A stretch of 64,000 bases of DNA from an uncultured delta proteobacterium (GCA_963793865.1 CAWCBP010000008.1:416001-480000), one strand, 5' to 3'; shown: positions 1-10,290, counted from the stretch's first letter. Numbers and translations: made by a program. The notes: a model not told the origin generated them from the sequence alone.

Positions 1-510
1 ATTGCCGCCGTGGGCCTTGATTTGTACACCCAGCTCATGGAGGAAGCCATCAAGGAGCTGAAGGGGGAGCAGATTATTCCTGATATCGATCCGGAGATAG
101 CCCTGTCCATTCCGGCCTTCATTCCCGAAGACTACCTGGGTGACATCAATCAGCGCCTGCTCTTTTACAAAAAGCTGGCCTCCTGCCCGGATGACGCAAG
201 CATCGATGCGGTCGGCGAAGAGCTGATTGACCGGTTCGGGAAGCTTCCGCCGCCGGTCTCCAATCTCCTGCGCGTCATGCACCTGAAAACCATCCTTCGG
301 CGGTACCTGGTTACCCGCATTGCCTGCCGGGGAAAGGAGATTCTCCTGAGCTTTCATCCCCAGGCGGAACATTCGCTGGATAAAATTTTAGCCCTCATTG
401 CCGGCAACCCCAGGCGATACCGACTTTCTCCCCAGCTCCAGTTCAGCATAGCCCACGATACCTGCGACTGGAAGGAAGTGGCGGATGAGGTAACCCGGCT
501 GCTGGGGTAG
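1..510 (+). CDS. mfd: Transcription-repair coupling factor, C-terminal TRCF domain (5' truncated by window)
   Basis: Frame open from base 1 (IAAVGLDLYTQLMEEAIKELKG...AFIPEDY...RLLFYKKLA...ELIDRFG), typical Mfd C-terminus. Confidence 0.93.
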   Translation: MAAVGLDLYTQLMEEAIKELKGEQIIPDIDPEIALSIPAFIPEDYLGDINQRLLFYKKLASCPDDASIDAVGEELIDRFGKLPPPVSNLLRVMHLKTILRRYLVTRIACRGKEILLSFHPQAEHSLDKILALIAGNPRRYRLSPQLQFSIAHDTCDWKEVADEVTRLLG

Positions 511-823
511 GCCGCATTCGTGGTTGACATTTCAGGATGAGGTTGTTTAGAATGGTCGCGATACAGGATGCATGATGCAGGATACATGATGCATGTTAGA
601 AAGAAGTTGCTGTCATGAGCCCTTCGTTGCTTCATTCCGAGTCCTTCATCGTGTCATCCTGCGACTTGATCGCAGGATCCAATAAGAAATAGCAACTGGA
701 TTCTGCGGTCGAGCCGCAGAATGACGCGTCTATGGTATTATCGTTTAATCCTTCGTTGTGTCTCCCAAGGGGGAGATGGGGAGTTGTTTGATAATCTGTC
801 GTGTTCACTCAGGAGAAACAGGT

Positions 824-1837
824 ATGTGTTCCACAGAATCACGGTTTTCATATATGCGAAGTTATCGTAATCTTTTGCGTACGACAGTCCTGCTAACGAT
901 GTTTATGGCGCTGTCGCCGGGGGTGACGGCCGCCGCAGAAACAGTGGACCGGATCGTGGCTGTGGTCAACGGGGATATTATTGTTCTTTCAGAACTGAGA
1001 CAAGTATCCCGGAACTACATTGATCGGATGAGTGAGCAATTTAAAGTCGCCGGCGGGGATGAGCAGCTGCGGGAGGCGGAAAGGCGCATACTGGATCAGC
1101 TCATTGAAGAGAAACTGGTTAACCAGGAGGCGGACCGGCTGGCCATTACCTTTAGCGAACGGGAAGTGGACCTGGCGGTCAAGGAGATGCAGAACCGCAA
1201 CAGGATGAACGATGCCCAGTTTGCGGCAGTCCTGGCAGAAGAAGGACTGACGATGCCGAAATACAGAGAGCAGCTTACATCGCAGATGAAAAAGGCGCGG
1301 GTGATCGACCAGGAGATAAAGTCCAGGATACAGGTGTCCAAGGAGGAAGTGGACGCATACTACGAAAAGCACGCGGATGATTTCAATGCCGAGCCCGAGG
1401 TGAGGATTCAGCAGATCCGCCTGCTCATTCCTCCCGGGTCAAGCGCAGGGGAGGTCAGCCGGATTCAGGCGCAGGCGGAATCCATCCTGGCAAAAATCAA
1501 GGCGGGCGAGGACTTCACCGCGCTGGTCGGCCTCTATTCCCAGGATCCCACCGCCGCGGCGGGGGGAGACATGGGTATATTCAAGCGGGGCGAGCTGCTG
1601 CCCGCCATTGATGAGTTCGCCTTCAGCATGAAGCCGGGTGAGGTGAGCCCGGTCATCAGGACGGAGGGCGGTTTTCACATTGTGAAAGTTCTGGGAAAGC
1701 GGGAGCCGTCTGCCCTGTCCGAGGAAGAACGCAGGGCCGAAGTAAAAGATGTGCTTTTTAGCCAGAAGGCTGAGGAAGATTTCAAGGTGTGGATTGCCAA
1801 GCTGCGCAAGAAGGCCTACATTGAGGTAAATCTGTGA
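824..1837 (+). CDS. surA: SurA-like periplasmic chaperone / parvulin PPIase
   Basis: Signal-peptide-like N-terminus, VDRIVAVVNGDII, parvulin motif YSQDPTAAAGGDMG...SPVIRTEGGFHIVK; AGGAG RBS at 811-815 supports ATG 824 (854 possible). Confidence 0.85.
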   Translation: MCSTESRFSYMRSYRNLLRTTVLLTMFMALSPGVTAAAETVDRIVAVVNGDIIVLSELRQVSRNYIDRMSEQFKVAGGDEQLREAERRILDQLIEEKLVNQEADRLAITFSEREVDLAVKEMQNRNRMNDAQFAAVLAEEGLTMPKYREQLTSQMKKARVIDQEIKSRIQVSKEEVDAYYEKHADDFNAEPEVRIQQIRLLIPPGSSAGEVSRIQAQAESILAKIKAGEDFTALVGLYSQDPTAAAGGDMGIFKRGELLPAIDEFAFSMKPGEVSPVIRTEGGFHIVKVLGKREPSALSEEERRAEVKDVLFSQKAEEDFKVWIAKLRKKAYIEVNL

Positions 1838-1928
1838 GAACCCGTGTTTTCCTAAATGTGGCTTGTATAATTAAATAGAGCTAAAAATGGGTTATCAATT
1901 TTTTTATATGATGAATATGCATAGGGCC

Positions 1929-1980
1929 GGTAGGAGCGGCTTTAAGCCGCGAATGCATCGCGCCTGAAGGCGCTCCTACC
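1929..1980. repeat. GTAG-type REP doublet (REPIN-like); related copies at 3197-3248 (inverted) and 11422-11473
   Basis: GGTAGGAGCGGCTTTAAGCCGCGA-N-TCGCGCCTGAAGGCGCTCCTACC, three similar intergenic copies. Confidence 0.8.
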
Positions 1981-2080
1981 GAACATTAAACTTCTTCTCT
2001 GTAACGAAACTTCTTCCCCTTGCGTTGTCTGCCAACAGTTTCCAGATATGCCTGTATAAGCATCCCTAATGATTTTTCCT

Positions 2081-2509
2081 CTATTTCTTCACTATTAATT
2101 TTACGCTTATTCCGAAATGCCTGGCTGCTGCCGCAAGTCGCACGTCTGCAGTCACCAGGGTCAGATTATGAGAGGAAGTGACCGCAAGGTGCAGGGCATC
2201 AAGCGTTCTCAGGGAAGTGCTAAATTGAGCAATCCACCCTTTTGCCGTCCGATAGTTTTGGGATTCGATGGCAACCCACCGGAAGAGGTGCCGTTCAATA
2301 TGGGCCTGAAATTGAGTTATTATTTTGTTGCCGTCTGCGGATGATAATTCTTTGTCACGAATTTTTCTTGATAGCGCAGAAACCAATTCAAGAGCTGTAA
2401 GGTAACTGATTGCCGGCTGTTGCGAACGAATAATGATCTTTTCAACTGTTGCGCTGATTGGCTCCGGACAATAATAAGCGGTTAGAACACTGGTATCCAG
2501 ATAAAGCAT
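2081..2509 (-). CDS. vapC: PIN-domain toxin (VapC family)
   Basis: MLYLDTSVL, conserved E, LRTLDALHLA, LVTAD acidic PIN residues; downstream of antitoxin. Confidence 0.9.
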   Translation of the reverse strand: MLYLDTSVLTAYYCPEPISATVEKIIIRSQQPAISYLTALELVSALSRKIRDKELSSADGNKIITQFQAHIERHLFRWVAIESQNYRTAKGWIAQFSTSLRTLDALHLAVTSSHNLTLVTADVRLAAAARHFGISVKLIVKK

Positions 2510-2745
2510 CAGTACCGCTCCCTGTTTCTTGAGTCGATCACCGTTCGGCTCAGTGGCTTCCCTTTTGCCTTAATGCCGGAACGAAAATCAGCCAGGCTTG
2601 GCAAAGAAGCCCTTGTTGTATCCGCTGAGATTAAACGGGCAATCTTCCTGCCGTGTTTCGTGATCACGATTTCTTCACCCCGCTCCACACGTGCCAGAAG
2701 GACGCTTAAGTTTCTTCGCATTTCTTTGACATTAATTTCCAGCAT
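2509..2745 (-). CDS. Phd/YefM family antitoxin
   Basis: INVKEMRRNLSVLLARVERGEEIVITKHGRKIARL; stop overlaps the toxin start. Confidence 0.88.
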   Translation of the reverse strand: MLEINVKEMRRNLSVLLARVERGEEIVITKHGRKIARLISADTTRASLPSLADFRSGIKAKGKPLSRTVIDSRNRERY

Positions 2746-2760
2746 AAAAGCTCCTACGAT

Positions 2761-2785
2761 AGGTGTACATTAATTATGTACACCT
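2761..2785. promoter_or_regulatory. Likely TA autoregulatory operator
   Basis: Perfect inverted repeat AGGTGTACAT-TAATT-ATGTACACCT just upstream of the antitoxin RBS. Confidence 0.7.
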
Positions 2786-2832
2786 TTTTATCAGACAAGT
2801 CAACATAATCTAGCCAAACATATTTGAAAGTT

Positions 2833-2868
2833 CCCCTCACCCCATCCATCTCCCCGGCGGGGAGAGGG
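2833..2868. repeat. CCCTCACCC...CTCCCC-N-GGGGAGAGGG palindromic repeat family; other copies at ~8631-8669, ~52283-52321 and ~52371-52410
   Basis: Four similar intergenic copies; the 52.3 kb pair is inverted. Confidence 0.75.
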
Positions 2869-2931
2869 TGTGAAGTAAAGATTGAGTGAATATATTTCCG
2901 TAATTATACATACGTGTCTTAATCTGGAATC

Positions 2932-3123
2932 GGGGGACGTTCGTGCGGAAATTGCCTCAATGATGGACGCATTCCTTTTTTCTGTAACAGATGAAGATGA
3001 TCGGAAAGAAAAGGTAACAAAGTGATGCGAGTAAACAAAACTATTTTCCCGTGCGGATTGAATAATAGCTATCCCTCAGAGGTCTTCTCTTCAATGCAAA
3101 GCAATTTCTGCACGAACGTCCCC
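2932..3123. repeat. ~190-bp element bounded by ~23-bp inverted repeats
   Basis: GGGGACGTTCGTGCGGAAATTGC (2933-2955) vs GCAATTTCTGCACGAACGTCCCC (3101-3123), 1 mismatch; AT-rich interior. Confidence 0.7.
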
Positions 3124-3387
3124 TTTGTTTACCGTAACCTTTCTTGACATCCCCTTCCGTACGTGATAAAAATCATGCCCACAATATTGGCATTTCGGTA
3201 GGAGCGCCTTGAGGTGCGATATATTCGCGGCGTAAAGCCGCTCCTGCCGGCGCAAGAAGTTACATATGCATTCATTCATTCCCGTGAAAACGGGAATCCA
3301 GATAAACCGGTCATAAGGATTCCCCGATCAAGTCGGGGAATGGCTATTAAGGGGATAGTGGGAAGTTCCCGCAAGGATAAAGAAAGC

Positions 3388-6063
3388 ATGTCGACTGCTG
3401 AAGTTTTAGAAAAGGTGTATGAGCCGCACCAGGTTGAAAAACACTGGTATCAATACTGGCTGGACAAGGGTTATTTCCGCGCGGATGCGAACGGCTCCTC
3501 CCGGACCTTCTGCATTGTCATTCCTCCCCCCAACGTAACCGGCTCCCTGCACATGGGCCATGCCCTGAACAACACCCTGCAGGACATCATGGTCAGGTAC
3601 AAGCGCATGTGCGGGTGCAACACCCTCTGGATGCCGGGCACGGACCATGCCGGCATTGCCACCCAGAACGTGGTGGAAAAGCAGCTCTCCGGCCAGGGCA
3701 TGAGCAGAAAGGACCTGGGGCGGGAAAAGTTCATCGAGCAGGTATGGCAGTGGAAGGCGAAATACGGCGGGATCATCATTGAGCAGCTCAAGCGGCTCGG
3801 CGCTTCCTGCGACTGGGAGCGGGAGCGCTTTACCATGGACGAGGGACTCTCGCGGGCGGTCCGCGAGGTGTTTGTCAGGCTCTACGAAGAAGGCCTGATT
3901 TATAAGGGCGACTATATCATCAACTGGTGCCCGCGCTGCCATACGGCGCTGTCAGACCTGGAAGTGGAACACGAAGAAACCCCGGGTCATCTCTACTCCA
4001 TCAAATATCCTGTCCCTAACAGCAAGAAATCACTGGTGGTTGCCACCACCCGCCCGGAAACCATGCTGGGGGACACGGCCCTGGCGGTGAATCCCAATGA
4101 CAAGCGGTATAAGGCCGTGGTGGGCAAGACGGTGGCGCTTCCCCTGACCGACCGCATGATACCGGTGATCGCTGACGAGTACGTGGACATGGAGTTCGGC
4201 ACCGGGGTTCTGAAGATTACCCCCGCCCATGATCCCAATGACTTTGAGATCGGCAATGCCCATGGTCTGGAGCTGATCCGGGTAATCGATGAGGCGGGCG
4301 TCATGAATGAGCGCGCGGGATCCTACCAGGGTCTGGACCGTTTTAACTGCCGCGATAAAATTTTAAAGGATCTTAAAAAGCTCGGGCTGCTCAAGAAGGT
4401 CGAGGACTATACTCACCATATCGGCCACTGCTACCGCTGCAAAACGGTGGTTGAGCCGATGGTGTCCAAGCAGTGGTTCGTGAAGGTAAAGCCGCTGGCA
4501 GAAAAGGCCATGGAAGCGGTGGAGCGGGGAGAGACGGCCATTATTCCCAAAAACTGGGAAAAGACCTTTTTTGAGTGGATGCGCACCATACGCGACTGGT
4601 GCATTTCCCGCCAGATCTGGTGGGGCCACCAGATACCCGCCTGGACCTGCGCGGACTGCGGCGCCATTACCGTGGCCCGGGAGACCCCGGCTCAGTGCAG
4701 TTCCTGCCGGAGTGCCCGCATACAGCAGGAAGAGGATGTCCTGGATACCTGGTTCAGCTCCGCGCTCTGGCCGTTTTCCACGCTGGGATGGCCCGATGCC
4801 ACCAAAGAACTTGCCCTCTTTTATCCCACCTCGGTACTGATTACCGCCTTTGACATCCTCTTTTTCTGGGTGGCCCGGATGATGATGATGGGGATCAAGT
4901 TCATGGGCAAGCCCCCCTTCAGTGAAGTTTACATCCATGCCCTGGTGCGCGACCTGGAAGGCAAAAAGATGAGCAAGTCGAAGGGGAATGTCATTGATCC
5001 CCTCACGGTCATGGACCAGTACGGGACCGATGCCTTCCGCTTCACCCTGGCGGCGCTGTGCGTTCAGGGCAGGGACATCCGCCTGGCGGAGGAGCGGATC
5101 AAAGGCTACCGGAATTTTGCCAACAAGATCTGGAACGCGTCGCGCTTTGTGCTGATGCACGCGGGTGACTGCGATCCCGGTCGGGCGACCGTTGAGCCCG
5201 GTTCACTGTCGCTCGCCGACCGCTGGATTCAAAGCCGCCTGAACCGGCTGATGGGGACGGTGGAAGAGGCGTTTCGGGGGTATCAGTTCAACGAGGTGGC
5301 GCACGCACTGTACCAGTTTATCTGGCATGAGCTGTGCGACTGGTATCTTGAGATGGTGAAGCCGGTCCTGAACCAGCAGGGTGACACGGCGGATAAGCGG
5401 GCGGCACAGCACACCATGATCGAGGTGCTGGGCAAATCCCTGCAGATGCTTCATCCCCTCATGCCCTTTATTACCGAAGAGATCTGGCAGAAGCTGCCCG
5501 TGGCCAAAGACAGCATCATGATTTCTTCGTACCCTGTTGCTGACCCGCGGAAGATTGATGCGGGTGCGGAAGAGACCATGAATCTTATCATCGATGTGGT
5601 CAACAGCATCCGCGCGCTCCGCTGGGAAATGAACATCGCGCCCGCTCAGCAGGTGGAGGTGGTCCTGCGCTCAACCGGCAGCAACAGCCTTGATATTCTT
5701 AACCGCCACCGTGGGTACATTGAGAACCTTGCCAGGGCAGGCAACGTTACCGCGGCCGCCGGGGTGAACAAGCCCGAATCTGCGGTGACTGCCGTGGTGC
5801 GGGACGTTGAAATCTTCATGCCCCTGAAGGGGATTATTGATTTTGCCGATGAGCAGCGGAGGCTTCAGAAGGAGCTTGCCAAGATTCAGAAGGATCTTGG
5901 TGATATCACCCGCAAACTTTCCAACCGGGATTTTCTGGCCAAGGCGCCCGAGGCGGTTATTGAAAAAGAAAAAGCGCGGTCCCAGGAACTCATCGAGACG
6001 AGGGATAAGCTTCAAACCAACCTTGAGCGCATAGAGGCATTCATTCAGGAGGGTAAGCCATGA
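3388..6063 (+). CDS. valS: Valine--tRNA ligase
   Basis: PPPNVTGSLHMGH, KMSKS, DWCISRQIWWGHQIP, C-terminal coiled coil; the longer ORF from 3214 runs through repeats, so start set at ATG 3388. Confidence 0.97.
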   Translation: MSTAEVLEKVYEPHQVEKHWYQYWLDKGYFRADANGSSRTFCIVIPPPNVTGSLHMGHALNNTLQDIMVRYKRMCGCNTLWMPGTDHAGIATQNVVEKQLSGQGMSRKDLGREKFIEQVWQWKAKYGGIIIEQLKRLGASCDWERERFTMDEGLSRAVREVFVRLYEEGLIYKGDYIINWCPRCHTALSDLEVEHEETPGHLYSIKYPVPNSKKSLVVATTRPETMLGDTALAVNPNDKRYKAVVGKTVALPLTDRMIPVIADEYVDMEFGTGVLKITPAHDPNDFEIGNAHGLELIRVIDEAGVMNERAGSYQGLDRFNCRDKILKDLKKLGLLKKVEDYTHHIGHCYRCKTVVEPMVSKQWFVKVKPLAEKAMEAVERGETAIIPKNWEKTFFEWMRTIRDWCISRQIWWGHQIPAWTCADCGAITVARETPAQCSSCRSARIQQEEDVLDTWFSSALWPFSTLGWPDATKELALFYPTSVLITAFDILFFWVARMMMMGIKFMGKPPFSEVYIHALVRDLEGKKMSKSKGNVIDPLTVMDQYGTDAFRFTLAALCVQGRDIRLAEERIKGYRNFANKIWNASRFVLMHAGDCDPGRATVEPGSLSLADRWIQSRLNRLMGTVEEAFRGYQFNEVAHALYQFIWHELCDWYLEMVKPVLNQQGDTADKRAAQHTMIEVLGKSLQMLHPLMPFITEEIWQKLPVAKDSIMISSYPVADPRKIDAGAEETMNLIIDVVNSIRALRWEMNIAPAQQVEVVLRSTGSNSLDILNRHRGYIENLARAGNVTAAAGVNKPESAVTAVVRDVEIFMPLKGIIDFADEQRRLQKELAKIQKDLGDITRKLSNRDFLAKAPEAVIEKEKARSQELIETRDKLQTNLERIEAFIQEGKP

Positions 6064-6893
6064 TCCCGCTGCTGGAAGCGGACGCGCTTATCGGCCTGGC
6101 GCTGAGAGAGGACATCGGTGACGGTGATATCACCACCACTTCCATCATCCGGAGCCCGGTCAGGGCCGCGGCTCGTCTCATCGCGCAGCAACGGCTGGTT
6201 GTAGCGGGCCTGGATATTGTGCAGCGGGTGTTCGAGAAGCTGGATCCCGAGGTGAGGGTGCGCAAGAACCACGATGACGGCGAAGCGGTCGGCACGGGTG
6301 AGGTAATTTTGGAAATTGAGGGCAGCGCGGCCGCCCTTCTTGCCGGGGAACGCATCGCTTTGAATTTCATCCAGCGCTTAAGCGGTATCGCCACCCTGAC
6401 CGAAAGCTTTGTGGCCCGGGTCAGATCCTACCCGGTCAAGATTTGCGATACCCGCAAGACAACCCCCGGGTGGAGGGCGCTTGAGAAGTATGCGGTCAAA
6501 ATGGGCGGCGGCATCAATCACCGCATCGGGTTATTTGACGCGGTATTGATTAAGGATAACCACATCAAGGCGGCCGGCAGCATCGCAGAGGCGGTCCGCC
6601 GGGTGAAGGGCAAACTCCCCGCGGGCTTTCCCCTTGAGGTTGAGACAAGAACCATCGAGGAAGTCCGGGAGGCACTGTCAAGCGGCGTAAACACCATCAT
6701 GCTTGACAACATGAGCACTGACATGATGCGGGAAGCGGTGGCGCTCATCAACAAACGTGCGCTCATCGAGGCCTCGGGGAATGCTCGCCTGGAAACGGTT
6801 GAAGGGATAGCGGCCACGGGGGTTGACTTTATTTCTGTCGGCGCTCTTACCCACTCGGCACCGGCGGCTGATATAAGCATGAAGTTGAGCTAG
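6060..6893 (+). CDS. nadC: Nicotinate-nucleotide diphosphorylase (carboxylating)
   Basis: DTRKTTPG, HRIGLFDAVLIKDNH, MLDNM, EASGN, ISVGALTHS. Confidence 0.96.
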   Translation: MIPLLEADALIGLALREDIGDGDITTTSIIRSPVRAAARLIAQQRLVVAGLDIVQRVFEKLDPEVRVRKNHDDGEAVGTGEVILEIEGSAAALLAGERIALNFIQRLSGIATLTESFVARVRSYPVKICDTRKTTPGWRALEKYAVKMGGGINHRIGLFDAVLIKDNHIKAAGSIAEAVRRVKGKLPAGFPLEVETRTIEEVREALSSGVNTIMLDNMSTDMMREAVALINKRALIEASGNARLETVEGIAATGVDFISVGALTHSAPAADISMKLS

Positions 6894-6939
6894 AGACCGG
6901 AATGACAGTGCCTCATCGTATCTGCAACAGGTAATAGTC

Positions 6940-7704
6940 ATGCTGCTGGCAATTGACGCGGGGAATTCAAACATTCTGGCCGGTGTTTTCAAGGATGACC
7001 GGCTGGTTTATGACTGGCGCCTCCTGACGGATGCACGGAAGACGGCTGATGAATACGGAATTATATTGCAGAATTTGTACAGCTCGGCAAACCTTAAGCT
7101 TGAAGAAACGAAGGCGGTCATCATTGCCTGTGTCATTCCTCCGCTGCTGGGCACCCTGGAGGAGATCTCCAGGAAATATTTTCATCTCGATCCCTTCATT
7201 ATAGATGCCGGGGTGAAGACGGGGATCACCATTCTCTATGAGAATCCCGGTGAGGTGGGCGCTGACCGGATCGTCAATGCCGCAGCCGGCTACGAAAAGT
7301 ACCGAAAGAGCCTTATCATTATTGATCTGGGAACGGCAACCACCTTTGACTGCATATCCGAGCGGGGTGAGTACCTGGGAGGCGCCATTGCGCCCGGCAT
7401 CATGATTTCCTCGGAAGCGCTGTTCAGCAAGACATCAAAGCTGCCCCGGGTGGAGCTGGTAAAACCGGAAACGGCCATCGGCAAAAACACCGTTTCCAGC
7501 ATGCGCTCGGGCATTATCTTCGGATACGTGGGGTTAATTGACGGCATGGTCAAACGCATCAGGAAAGAGATGGGGGGAGATCCGATGGTTATTGCCACCG
7601 GCGGACTTGCCCCGGTGATTGCCAGTGAATCGGAGACCATTGACGCGGTAGACACCTATCTGACCCTGGAAGGCCTCAGGATCATTTACCGGAAAAACAG
7701 GTAA
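6940..7704 (+). CDS. coaX: Type III pantothenate kinase
   Basis: LAIDAGNSN, VGADRIVN, IDLGTATTFD, GGAIAPG, IATGGLA. Confidence 0.95.
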   Translation: MLLAIDAGNSNILAGVFKDDRLVYDWRLLTDARKTADEYGIILQNLYSSANLKLEETKAVIIACVIPPLLGTLEEISRKYFHLDPFIIDAGVKTGITILYENPGEVGADRIVNAAAGYEKYRKSLIIIDLGTATTFDCISERGEYLGGAIAPGIMISSEALFSKTSKLPRVELVKPETAIGKNTVSSMRSGIIFGYVGLIDGMVKRIRKEMGGDPMVIATGGLAPVIASESETIDAVDTYLTLEGLRIIYRKNR

Positions 7705-7717
7705 CCGGAGAAGAGCA

Positions 7718-8017
7718 ATGTTTATCATCGTCAACCTGCTTGATGCCGTGGCCCTGGTCATCCACTACCTGCTTAACATATACATGTGGCTCATCATCAT
7801 CCGGGCCTTGCTTTCCTGGGTAAATCCCGATCCCTACAATCCCATTGTGAGCTTCCTCTACCAGGTCACCGAGCCGGTCCTCTACCGCATCAGGAGGTTC
7901 CTCCCGATCCGCGGGCTGGGCATTGACCTGTCTCCCATTCTTGTTTTTATCATCATTATCTTTCTCGATCGCTTTCTGGTAGGTACATTGCAGGATATAG
8001 TGGTGCGGCTCAGGTGA
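7718..8017 (+). CDS. yggT: YggT family membrane protein
   Basis: RALLSWVNPDPYNPIV...TEPVL...IDLSPI. Confidence 0.92.
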   Translation: MFIIVNLLDAVALVIHYLLNIYMWLIIIRALLSWVNPDPYNPIVSFLYQVTEPVLYRIRRFLPIRGLGIDLSPILVFIIIIFLDRFLVGTLQDIVVRLR

Positions 8018-8065
8018 TCTCGTCGGATGCGAAGTGCGTTGCCTTGAACAGCCCTCGATAAGGAG

Positions 8066-8563
8066 ATGGATATGAAGCTGACGCCCCTGGACATTCTTCA
8101 GCAGCGGTTCAAGGTGACGTGGAGGGGCTTTGACCGGCAGGAGGTGGAAACCTTTCTGGAGCTGGTTTCCGAGGACGTGGGATCCCTGCTGCAGGAGTGC
8201 TCCAGCCTGAAGGCTGAGCTCGAAAAGTGCGAAGCGCTGCTGGTTGATTTCCGCCAGAACGAACGGGTGATCCAGCAGACCATCATGAGCACGCAAAAAG
8301 TGTCCGATGACCTGAAGCGAAACGCCCAGCGGGAGGCGGAGGTTATCATCAGTGAGGCAAAGGTGGCAGCGGGGCGGATCATGAACGATACCCGGGCCCA
8401 GGCGGAAAAGTTGATAAGTGAGAGCCGCAATGAGATAGCGCGGCTCACCAAGGAGATTAATGATCTTAAAAACAGAAAAGTGCAGTATGAGATGGCCTTC
8501 AGGTCTATCCTCGAATCGCAGCTTAAAGCCCTGCACCATGAACAGGAGGGAGGCAAGTCATAG
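8066..8563 (+). CDS. DivIVA domain protein
   Basis: LTPLDILQQRFKVTWRGFDRQEVETFL followed by coiled coil. Confidence 0.9.
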   Translation: MDMKLTPLDILQQRFKVTWRGFDRQEVETFLELVSEDVGSLLQECSSLKAELEKCEALLVDFRQNERVIQQTIMSTQKVSDDLKRNAQREAEVIISEAKVAAGRIMNDTRAQAEKLISESRNEIARLTKEINDLKNRKVQYEMAFRSILESQLKALHHEQEGGKS

Positions 8564-8738
8564 GAATTCTTTTCTGAGGCCGCTTCAGCCGGAGATTAAT
8601 GTATCTTACATTGCAAGTTCTCCCTTATCCTTCCCCTCTCCTCGCTGGGGAGAGGGATGGGGTGAGGGGCACATTAAATATTATTTCGCAGGGTGAAGCT
8701 GCCCTGCGCATTTATTTTGTGCGGGAGAAAGTTCATCC

Positions 8739-9029
8739 ATGTGTCTGAAGGAGCATGAAGGTGGAGTTGTGGTGGAGGTTGTGCTTCAACCGCGGGCTTC
8801 CCGGAATGAAGTGGCGGGGATGCAGGGGGATCGGGTGAAGATCAAGGTGACCTCACCTCCTGTTGAGGGCTTGGCCAACAAAAAGCTCTGCGAGTTTTTG
8901 GCCGACCTGATGGGGATAGGAAGACAACGGGTGCAGGTCATCGCGGGTCAGGCGGCACGAATAAAGCGGGTGAAGATATCGGATGTGTCGCTGGATGAGG
9001 TGAGAAGAAAGTTAATGCTGCGCCTGTAA
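8739..9029 (+). CDS. DUF167 / YggU family protein
   Basis: VVLQPRASRNEV...KVTSPPVEGLAN...G..ARIK. Confidence 0.88.
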   Translation: MCLKEHEGGVVVEVVLQPRASRNEVAGMQGDRVKIKVTSPPVEGLANKKLCEFLADLMGIGRQRVQVIAGQAARIKRVKISDVSLDEVRRKLMLRL

Positions 9030-9056
9030 CCCGGTTAATTGCATCAATGACTGAGA

Positions 9057-9554
9057 ATGATTATGTCAAAAGATAAGACACCCGTAACTCCTGTGGTAAG
9101 GGTGCTGCGAGCCGCAAAGGTTGAGTTTACCGACCACCTCTATGCCTATGAGGAAAAGGGTGGGACGGCCGTGTCGGCACGGGAGCTGGGAGTGGACGAA
9201 CATGCCGTGGTAAAGACACTGGTCATGGAGGATGAGAAGAAAAAGCCGCTTATCGTGCTCATGCACGGAGACCGGCAGGTGTCCGAGAAGCAGTTGGCGA
9301 GAATTATGGATGTAAAAACCGTGACCCCCTGTACACCTGATATAGCTCATAAGCACTCGGGCTATCTGGTGGGCGGAACCTCGCCCTTCGGTACCCGGAC
9401 AACAATGCCGGTGTACATGGAAGAAACAATTCTTGACCTCCCCCGCATTTATATCAATGGCGGCAAACGCGGCTATCTGGTGGGCATTGACCCTCAGGAA
9501 GTGGTGCGGCTCTTAAATCCGGTCCTGATTAGAGTGGGAATAGAAAAAGGCTAA
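9057..9554 (+). CDS. ybaK: Cys-tRNA(Pro) deacylase, YbaK/EbsC family
   Basis: VVKTLV, GYLVGGTSPFG, INGGKRG. Confidence 0.92.
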   Translation: MIMSKDKTPVTPVVRVLRAAKVEFTDHLYAYEEKGGTAVSARELGVDEHAVVKTLVMEDEKKKPLIVLMHGDRQVSEKQLARIMDVKTVTPCTPDIAHKHSGYLVGGTSPFGTRTTMPVYMEETILDLPRIYINGGKRGYLVGIDPQEVVRLLNPVLIRVGIEKG

Positions 9555-9701
9555 ACGGAGAACGTCCGCAGATACATCACTATTAAACTTTATAATTCCC
9601 TGGAGTGCGCAACAGGTCAAAAAACAATCAATGCATATTTTGACAATTATGGGTGATTCTGATATGTTGGTCATAATTCTGGTCAACCATAATGGAGGGC
9701 T

Positions 9702-9971
9702 ATGCCAATGAAAACATTATCACTCTCAGAGGCCAAAATGAAATTGAGCGGTCTCATAGAGAAGGTCAGTGATACTGATGAAGAAATCATCATCACCAAA
9801 AACGGACGTCCGGCTGCGGTGCTGGTGAGTCCTGATGAATTCGAGAGTTGGAAGGAAACGATCACGGTTCGTTCTGATGCCGGCTTAATGCAGGAAATCA
9901 GGAAGGGCCTGAAGGCATTGCGGGCAAAAAAAGCAAAACTGTATACCCTTGAAGAGCTCTTCACCTCATAG
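9702..9971 (+). CDS. Phd/YefM family antitoxin
   Basis: LSEAKMKLSGLI...IIITKNGRPAAVLVSPDEFESWKET. Confidence 0.9.
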   Translation: MPMKTLSLSEAKMKLSGLIEKVSDTDEEIIITKNGRPAAVLVSPDEFESWKETITVRSDAGLMQEIRKGLKALRAKKAKLYTLEELFTS

Positions 9972-9992
9972 ACCATCGGGAATACATGCCCA

Positions 9993-10280
9993 ATGCATAA
10001 ACTGAGGATTCCTGATGAGACTGTGGCGCTGATCCGCAATCTCCATCCGCAGATAAAGAAGAAAGTAAGGGCTTCTCTAGAGGCAATCTTATCCGACCCG
10101 TATTCCGGCAAGGCTTTAAAAGACGAACTTGCCGGATTACGAACATTTCGAGTGAGCCGTTTCAGGATAGTCTACAGGATCGTCCGTAACAAAGCAATTG
10201 AGATTATCGCATTCGGGCCCCGCGAGCGCATATACGAAGATACTTTTCGAATCATGAAATTCAAATCTCCCGGCAGGTAA
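9993..10280 (+). CDS. RelE/ParE family toxin
   Basis: DPYSGKALKDELAGLRTFRVSRFRIVY...FGPRERIY; follows the antitoxin. Confidence 0.88.
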   Translation: MHKLRIPDETVALIRNLHPQIKKKVRASLEAILSDPYSGKALKDELAGLRTFRVSRFRIVYRIVRNKAIEIIAFGPRERIYEDTFRIMKFKSPGR

Positions 10281-10290
10281 GTAGATAAAG

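Noticed and set aside
564..596. Short heptamer tandem (CAGGATG/CATGATG)
   Set aside because: Only about four imperfect units, with no evidence of function.
3214..3387. N-terminal extension of valS (likewise 24061-24195 and 51160-51477)
   Set aside because: These are translations of repeats or of the overlapping upstream gene; better starts exist downstream.
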